Shown here: piece after piece, positions 55,745 through 64,000 of the stretch
Position numbering within the stretch: the first letter of the stretch is position 1
Layout of the letters: each line of letters begins with the position of its first letter
Assembly: GCA_964016885.1 (NCBI GenBank)
Contig: OZ024740.1
Location: forward strand, 228,966,001 to 229,030,000
DNA from: Eledone cirrhosa
Lineage: Eukaryota
Direction of reading: 5' to 3'
Length of the DNA: 64,000 nt
Made by a program: the position numbers and the translations under genes
The notes under the pieces: model-generated
Database searches by the model: none
Told to the model about the DNA's origin: nothing
Seen by the model: the letters and a program-made list of their open reading frames with translations, nothing else

Positions 55745-58186
55745 ATGGAAAAACAATATTTAGGAACCTCCTTAAAAAACATACCAATACCTTCTAAGGA
55801 CGACTTCTTACTCCTTATGATTCAGAAAACTAATAATTTTATCAGAAGGGTTAGATGGAGAGCCTACCACTTCGATAGAAAATCTAAACAAGCAGATCGG
55901 AAATATATGTATGATTTCAATACTTACAAGAATCCACCACACAACTTTTTACTTGAAGACTTCGAGAAAGACCTTTTTAATTTAATTAAACACCTCAAAT
56001 TTAAAAAGTATAAATCCGTCTTTCAAAAGGACCTTGATTCTACCCTATTGGACCTAAAAAAGTCTAAAAAAATCCATGTCCACTCGGACAAAACTGGTAA
56101 CTTGTATCATATGGATATTGAACATTATAACGAGTTCATATATAAAGAACTCAGAAAAAATTATAAAAAATCTAATAATGTGTCACTCACCAACATCAAC
56201 AACAAAACACACAACATAGTAAAAAAACTAAACATTGAAGATAGAACTGAACCTTTGGCATTGAAAAGACCACACTTCAACCTGAAAGATCACAAATCTA
56301 ACTTTAACTCAAATCCTTCTATTAGACTTATATGTCCCTCCAAATCAGATATTGGAATAATTAGCAAAAAAATTTTAGATAGAGTCATCCCACAAATAAG
56401 AAAACACGTTATTTTACCACTCTGGGAAAACACCTCCCAGGTAATTAACTGGTTTAAAAATATTAGGTGTAAATCTTCTGCTTCTTTCCTACAATTTGAT
56501 ATAGATAATTACTATTCTTCTATATCACCTATACTCCTGAACAAAGCATTGATATTTGCTAAAAATAGATCTAATTTAACTTTGGATGACATTAACATTA
56601 TTACACATGCTAGACTAACACTTATTGAATTTCAGAATGAATACTGGACCAGAAACACATACAGTAATCTTTTTGATATTACTATGGGTTCAAGCGATTC
56701 CGCCCAAATTACTGATCTTGTGGGCCTCTTTCTCCTTTTCAACATAAATGCCTCTTTTCCCCACCTCAAAGGTGGTTTATATCGTGATAACTGTCTTCTT
56801 CTTTCTAACAACCTTAGCCTTTCAGAAATCGAAAAAAACAAAAAACATATTAGAACTTTCCTTAAAGACTATTATAATCTTAATATTACTTTTGAAAAAA
56901 CAAGTAAAGTAGTAAATTTCCTAGATATAACTTTAGATTTAGCTACGGGTATCTACCAACCTTACCATAAACCTAACCAAAACTTACATTACATACACTC
57001 ACAATCTAATCACCCTAAATCTATCCTTAAAAACCTTGCATATAATATATCACTTAGAATTTCTAACCTTTCTTCTAACCAAGATGTATTTGATAAAAAT
57101 GCGACCTTCTATAACGAAGCTCTAGATAGAAGTGGCCACAAAAATAGATTAGAGTATATACCTTCTACTAAAAATACTGAAAGCATACAACATAATATTA
57201 CCAACAAACACCAAATGAAAAGTACACACCTAAATGCCACCCACACTATACCCCAAAATACTAAATCTTCTAATATAAAGTATAGTAACTCTCAAAAAAC
57301 TACTCATCATACAACTATAATAAATATTAATAATAAAACTCCTAATAAAAAAGATAAAACACCTAAATCTACAAATATAACTAAAAATAGTTGTGGTGAG
57401 ATCATTAACATTAATCCTCCTAGTAAAAATCACGATACAACCTATAAAAATAATAAAAATAATAAACAACATAGAAACCGTAATAGAAGGGTTACTTGGT
57501 ATAATGCTCCTTTTAATTTACAAGTTAAGGATAATATTGCTAAAAAATTTTTTTATATCCTTGAGAAAAATTTCCCGCCAAACCACAAATACCATCAAAT
57601 CTTAAATAGGTCTACAGTTAAATTCTCATACTCTACAACAAATAACATAAAACAAAATATAAGTGCATATAATGCATATAAATGTAAGAAAACCATAAGT
57701 ATACCACCAGTACATCAAATTAACCATAATATCTCCTCAAATACAGAATTAACGAAAGGATGTAACTGTAGAAACAAAGCAAACTGCCCATTAAAAGGGA
57801 ATTGTCTTGTTAACAACATAGTCTATAAATGTAATGTTAAAACTAAAGATTCTATTTGCTCATATATAGGAGCTACCTCTAACAATTTTAAGACAAGGTT
57901 TAATACCCACAAGCATAGTTTTAAAAATGCCGCACTGGCTAATACAACATCTCTAGCAGAAAAAATCAATAGTTATAAAAATAAGAATATAAAATATGAT
58001 TTGACCTGGAGTGTGCTCAAAAGAGCCACCCCTTATCAAAATAATAGAAATGAATGTAGATTATGTTCCCAAGAACTATTTGAAATAATGAAGTCTAAGG
58101 ATATCTTATTAAATAAACGACAGGAATTAATTATATCGTGTAATCATAAACTAAAAAAAACATTTAAATATTATAAACCTAATTAA
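55745..58186 (+). CDS. PLE reverse transcriptase + C-terminal GIY-YIG endonuclease (813 aa)
   Basis: SLKNIPIP, DKT, LKDHK, RLICP, QFDI..YY, MGS, LYRDN, NFLDI, Y.PYHKP, SNHP, WYNAPF, CNC-x5-CPL-G-C, IVY..YIG..FKTR..H, CRLC and C.H. The upstream ATG at 55709 lies within the inverted arm. Confidence 0.92.
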   Translation: MEKQYLGTSLKNIPIPSKDDFLLLMIQKTNNFIRRVRWRAYHFDRKSKQADRKYMYDFNTYKNPPHNFLLEDFEKDLFNLIKHLKFKKYKSVFQKDLDSTLLDLKKSKKIHVHSDKTGNLYHMDIEHYNEFIYKELRKNYKKSNNVSLTNINNKTHNIVKKLNIEDRTEPLALKRPHFNLKDHKSNFNSNPSIRLICPSKSDIGIISKKILDRVIPQIRKHVILPLWENTSQVINWFKNIRCKSSASFLQFDIDNYYSSISPILLNKALIFAKNRSNLTLDDINIITHARLTLIEFQNEYWTRNTYSNLFDITMGSSDSAQITDLVGLFLLFNINASFPHLKGGLYRDNCLLLSNNLSLSEIEKNKKHIRTFLKDYYNLNITFEKTSKVVNFLDITLDLATGIYQPYHKPNQNLHYIHSQSNHPKSILKNLAYNISLRISNLSSNQDVFDKNATFYNEALDRSGHKNRLEYIPSTKNTESIQHNITNKHQMKSTHLNATHTIPQNTKSSNIKYSNSQKTTHHTTIININNKTPNKKDKTPKSTNITKNSCGEIININPPSKNHDTTYKNNKNNKQHRNRNRRVTWYNAPFNLQVKDNIAKKFFYILEKNFPPNHKYHQILNRSTVKFSYSTTNNIKQNISAYNAYKCKKTISIPPVHQINHNISSNTELTKGCNCRNKANCPLKGNCLVNNIVYKCNVKTKDSICSYIGATSNNFKTRFNTHKHSFKNAALANTTSLAEKINSYKNKNIKYDLTWSVLKRATPYQNNRNECRLCSQELFEIMKSKDILLNKRQELIISCNHKLKKTFKYYKPN

Positions 58187-59869
58187 TAACATTATTTTAG
58201 AAATTAATTTAATTTAAATGTTAGTTAACCTATAAATTTAATTTAATTAATATTTTATTACAGATGAGAATATAAAATATTATGTAATCATAAATTGTGA
58301 AAAACCTTTAAATATTACTAATATATACTTAGTAATTTAATTTATAGATTAATTTTAATTTATTTAAACCTTTTATTATAACTCTTTTACAGATAAAATA
58401 TAACAAAATAATATCGTGTATCCAATGACAGAGAAATAATTTTTAGTATTATAGACCTAATTAATATACATTTTAGAAATATATTTATTATTTGGTTTTA
58501 GTTTTAATCAACCTAAAAATTTTAATTTTAATTTGCTTAAAATTAGTATCCTTATACAGACGAATTGCAGAATGTCATGTAATCATAGAATGGGATGTGT
58601 TTTGGATATATACCTAGTTAATATATTCTATGCAATTTTTTGAAAAAGATATGTATATGTATATGTGTATGTGTATGTGTGTGTGTGTATGGGTATGTGT
58701 ATGTATGTATATATGTGTATATATGTATATATATATATATATATATGCGTGTATATATATGTATATATGTATGTGTATGTATATGTATATGTATGCGTAT
58801 TAATTTTGATTTCTATTTGCATATAATTATATTATGCTATTGATGAAATACAGTATCTGCTTTATGTATTGTATACCTTATTAACATATACTATTGAAAT
58901 AAATATATAATTTTTAATTTAGTTAACATATAATTTATATTCTACTACCGATGTAATACTTTATTTTATTTTTATTTGGGTTTTTTTTTTCCCTATTACT
59001 AAATTCATTTCCTAATATTGATACCATAACGTTATTAACTTTAATTTAGTTATACTGTAATTAATAATCTACTACTGTTTGACTTCAAAATTCTGCTTCA
59101 AATATTATAAACCTAACTAATTTACACCTTAGAAATCAATATGTTGACTATCTTTGGTTTAGTTAACATATGATTAATGGTATACTTATTTATTTTGAGA
59201 TGCATGGATTTTGCCTTAGTTCTTGTTTGTCGTATTTCCTAACACTGAAAATATGTAAGAACATACATTGGATAAAGATACGGAAAATATTCTATGTTTC
59301 TTGAAACATATATTTACTTTGATCCCCTTCTCCAAACCCCCCCTTTCCCCCATACTACTATCATCTGTATTTGTAAGCGTCTATGTATGAATATATATGT
59401 AGGTAGGTGTCTATATAGGTTTGGGTATTTATATCTAAATATAAAAATACATATATGCGCATGCAAATATGAATGTAAGATTGCGTGTGTATATATGAGT
59501 GTATATATGTATGTATATATGTGTATATATGCATTATATATGTATGTGTATGTGAATGTGTGTACGTATATGTGTATGTATGTGTATATATGTGTATATA
59601 TGTGTATGCATGTATATATAGGAATATATATATGTATATATATATGTATATGTATATGCGTGTATATGTATGTGTGTGTATGTGTGTTGTATGTATATGT
59701 ATGTCTCTCTATTTATATGTTTATCTTCGTATCTATGTGATATATGTGTGTGTGTGTGCATGTATGCATATGTATGTGTTTATGTGTATTAGTGTGTGTG
59801 TGTGTATATATGTGTGTGTGCGCACACACACATATATATATGTGAGTGTGTATATGTGTCTGTGTATAT

Positions 59870-59904
<35 letters not shown>

Positions 59905-59996
59905 GGTGTCTATGTGTGAATATATGTCTTTATTCGTATGTGTGTATTTATGTATGTATATGTTTATATGTATGTATGTATATGTATGTATGTATG

Positions 59997-60041
<45 letters not shown>

Positions 60042-60169
60042 TATTCTTTATTATTATAATATAACTTATGTGTATGTGTGTATAAGTGAGGTTGTGTTGT
60101 ATGTGTATATAATATGTGTATATATAAGTGTAAAAAAATATATATATATATGTGCATGTCTGTTTTTTA

Positions 60170-60201
<32 letters not shown>

Positions 60202-60269
60202 CGTGTGTATATATATATATATGTGGGTGTTTGTATGTGTATTTATGGTGGTATGAGTGTGTGGATATC

Positions 60270-60307
<38 letters not shown>

Positions 60308-60310
60308 AGT

Positions 60311-60344
<34 letters not shown>

Positions 60345-60646
60345 GTGTATATATATATATGTATATATGTGTATGTATGTGTGTATATATATATCTCTAT
60401 TAATGCGTGTGTGTATGTATATACATATGCCTTTTTATTATTATTTTTATTTGTATGTCTGAGTTAGGTGAGGTTGTAGTGGTTTTTTATGTATATACGC
60501 ATATATGGATGCGTATGTATTTGTATATATGAGTATAAGTAAGTGCATATGTATGTATGATTATATATCTAATTCTATGTATGAATATACATGTATATAT
60601 ATATATGTGTGTATGTAAGTTGTGTGTGTATGTATCTATATGTCTA

Positions 60647-60689
<43 letters not shown>

Positions 60690-60768
60690 CGATGTGCGTA
60701 TATGTATGTACATGTATGTACATGTATGTGTGTATGTATGTGTATGTATATTTAGATGTATGTGTATG

Positions 60769-60809
<41 letters not shown>

Positions 60810-61627
60810 ATATATATATAGGTATATATCTTTATTATTTATTTTTTATATATATGTGTATGTGTGTATGTGTTGCGTGTGTGTGTGTGTGTATATATAT
60901 ATATCTTTATATATGTGTATGTGTATGTTCGTGTAAGTGTATGTGTGTGTATGACTGTATATCTATGTGTGTATGTGTGTATGCGTAAATATTTCTATGT
61001 GTGCGTACATGTATGTATGTGTATATATCTGTATGTGTATGTATATTATATTATATTTATTATATTTTATTGTTTTATTTTTTTATTTTTCTTAATTTAT
61101 AGATACATTTATATTAGGCAGTCTGCTCAGACAGTTGAATACTGACCCCTCCCCCCCCTCCCACCTAATTTCTGTATCTTGATCTAAAAATGTGTGTGCC
61201 AGTGTTTTATGTGAGTGAATTAATATCCATGTGCTTATGATTTTATATCCACATATATAAATGTGAGTGGGGGTGTGTGTGTGTTTGTATGTTCGTGGTT
61301 ATGTGTATATTTATGCATATACGCGCGTGTATGTGTGATTGTACTGATATGTGTGAGTATGAAAAAATATATTTATATACTTGATTTCATAAGTATCAAT
61401 GCGCATCTTATCTGCGCATTGTAAGCTTACAGAGACATTAACCTTGAAATTTTGTATTTGCATCCATCCTTTTAGTATGCGTATACAAATTATACATACA
61501 TTTTTGTAAAATATGTGTAAGGGTTTTACATGTATATACACACACCGAACTGCATTTAACCCTTTGTGTTTTCATTGGTCAATTTTGAACTGAAATTTTG
61601 AATTGTTGTTATTATCAATAAATATAC

Positions 61628-61782
61628 TTCATTATTTCTGAAGACGGCGTATATATGTGTTTGGTATGTATATTTAATCTTGATAATTTGTATAATTTTG
61701 TATAATTTTGTACATAGATCTGTTGAATATGCATACCAATTCTAACACATATATATCCTAGAAACGATCGTTAAATAATGAA
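61628..61782 (+). ncRNA. Type I hammerhead ribozyme with 116-nt extended stem II in the PLE 3' region
   Basis: TTCATTATTT-CTGAAGA-[116 nt hairpin]-GAAA-CGatCG-TT^AAATAATGAA. Perfect 10-bp stem I, palindromic stem III. Confidence 0.75.
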
Positions 61783-61996
61783 CTTTTTTTGTTTAATATA
61801 AGGAATTGTTTATTCATTATTTGTTTAATATTTTATCTTGACTCTGTATACCGTTTATCTTTCACCGAAAGTGATTTTTCATTACATCTCTTCTTTCCAT
61901 GATATCCGGAATACATTGAGTTCTTCATACGGATTGGACACTACCGTAAACTCTTGGTAGATTTATCTACATATATATATATATATATATATATAT

Positions 61997-62480
61997 ACGG
62001 TATAGAAATATGATATGTTTATAAAGAAACATTTAGAAAGCCATAGCTATGAATAACACACTGGCAGCTAACGCCATCAGGCGGTGCCTGACAGAGGCAA
62101 GGGGGACAATCCTCGATGCATTTCGAACTCAACTGGTTCTCGCCAGGACGATCTCTCCTGTTCATGCAGCTGCCGGACTTTGAAAACAGGCGAGAAAATA
62201 TAGTTTTTTCGTCTGTGTAAATGAGGTGATTAATCTCATTTGCATATGAAGCTGTATAAGTTGGCTCAACTTATAATAGAATAGAATTAGAATTTAGCTT
62301 CGAACATAGCCGTATACAAATATGTATTTTAATTTCGTATTAATATCTAAAGAAATACGGTATGTTTATAAATAAACATTTAGAAAGCCATAGCTTTGAA
62401 TGACACACTGGCAGCTAACGCCCGCAGGTGGTGCCCGGCAGAGGCAAGGGGGACAATAGTTGATGCATTTCGAACTCAAT
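61997..62480 (-). mobile_element. ~347-nt partial tandem unit with HHR (retrozyme-like)
   Basis: ~62015-62132 is repeated at ~62362-62479. Minus-strand atcgtc-CTGGCGA-GAAC-cagttga-GTTC-GAAA-TGCA-TC^gaggat at 62109-62152 (A6>G). Confidence 0.65.
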
Positions 62481-63357
62481 TTTTTCAGCGTTTTTCATTA
62501 GGTTGTTGATGTAGGTATATCGACGTTTTCCTCTCCCTACAACTCCATGAAATGGGTTCCAAAACACATAGACAATGGTAAATAATGGTTAAAAGACTTT
62601 TAACACGCATAAAATGTAAAAAATAGTCATTAAAAATGCTTCACAGACTCAGAGAATATCAAACACGCCTTGAATATTTGTGCAGTTCTGAATCTAATTT
62701 TGTGCACTAATTTTCCTTTTGTGTCAAATACTAGACACACTTACATGGGTGGGGAAATGATTTAAAGCAATCATAATGTGTAAAAGAACTTTTTTTTTTA
62801 TTTTAAAAATGCCATTACAAATGCTTTCCAGACTCAGAAAATATGAAGCACTTGTTATGACATTTGCCTCAAAGATTTGTCCAGTTTTAAAATGTCTTTA
62901 AAATAGACCTTGCTAACCGCTAAGTCGGACATCTTCATTAATTTTACTTATTTTTTTTAAATTTAAATTCTGATATTTAAGTGGGCATACATTTTATTTT
63001 ACAAAGTTGTTTATACAAAAAAACAAAACTCACTGTTAAAGGAAACAAAAAAGAAAGGAAAAAAAAAGGAAATGAATAGAAGAAATCAAAGGCCTTGCAT
63101 CCGTGATCCATGCCGTCTTTTGGTTCCAAATCACTTTGTACCATCTTGCCTAACTCGAAACTCGCGGTGTCTTCATCCAGATGCTGTTGTGGTTCAATGA
63201 ATAAGGAAGTCTTTCTCCAGTCGTAGTATTTGTCCTCGAACTGCCAGACTTTGGAATTCTCTTCTATCTCATTGTTTTCCTCCCTTTCCTCTAAATATTG
63301 AGTTACGTTATTTTACAAAACTGTTTATACAAAAAACAACACACTATTAAAGGGAAC

Positions 63358-63577
63358 AAGGGCGATTGATTGGCAGTATCGGTAGAGTCGGACACCATGC
63401 TTTGCGGCATAGAGTTACGGTCCTTTACGGTTTGAGTTCAAATATCGCCGAGGTTAACTTTGCTTTTCATCCTTACAGGGTCGATAAGATAAAGCACCAG
63501 TAACGTACTGGGGTCGATTTAATCGACTTTGCCCTCCCCACAAATTACTGGTCTTGTGCCTATACTAGAAATCACTA
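63358..63577 (+). mobile_element. Nin-domain tRNA SINE
   Basis: Same family as the other copies. Confidence 0.8.
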
Positions 63578-63589
63578 TTAAAGGGAAGA

Positions 63590-63776
63590 AAAAAAAAAAG
63601 GAAATAAAAAAAGAATCAAGCAATGAAAGAAAGGGAGAAGGAAAGGGAGAGACACTATACCTCAGTCTGAGCGGTGCCTCATCTGGGACTCGTGGCCAAA
63701 ATGACAAAGGCGTTACTACAAAGACTGGCCAGAGACACCCGCTGCAACAGCCACCCCACCTCGCGAGGCTCTCGCA
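63590..63776 (-). mobile_element. CRE-like LINE 3' fragment
   Basis: REPREVGWLLQRVSLA, shared with 5860-6180. Confidence 0.6.
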
Positions 63777-64000
63777 TAAAAATAACAAAAAAAAAGCAAA
63801 AAAACAATAGACAAGAAAACGCTATATATTTTTTATTGTTATCTGGAACGCGAATTAACAGATGAGTCATATTAATGTTTTTTTTATTAATTTATTAATT
63901 AACATCCTACTACTAGCTGTATTTTCTTCCTGGTTAGTATAATTACCTTTAATTTATTTTTATCTCTGTTCATTTCTTTGTTTGTTTATATATATGTATA

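Overview
AT-rich, microsatellite-saturated eukaryotic DNA; the SINE and repeat content suggests an animal, probably a cephalopod (inference). No host protein-coding gene is convincingly supported. The window is almost entirely mobile DNA: a DD37D-like Tc1/mariner relic, Tx1/L1-like LINE copies in (TATC)n, RTE and CRE-like fragments, Nin-domain and CORE-like tRNA SINEs, Helitron-like elements and MITEs. The main feature is a full-length Penelope-like element (Naiad-type, RT + GIY-YIG ORF 55745-58186) flanked by ~1.34 kb near-identical inverted arms. Scattered around it are about 15 small non-coding insertions, mostly in (TA)n arrays, that share the same 'inverted arm + fixed 3-prime tail' geometry. 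Many carry minimal type I hammerhead ribozyme (HHR) motifs readable directly in the sequence. Three units of ~310, ~347 and 469 nt are partial tandem repeats with one HHR each, i.e. retrozyme-like or possible circular-RNA elements. All folds and alignments were read by eye.
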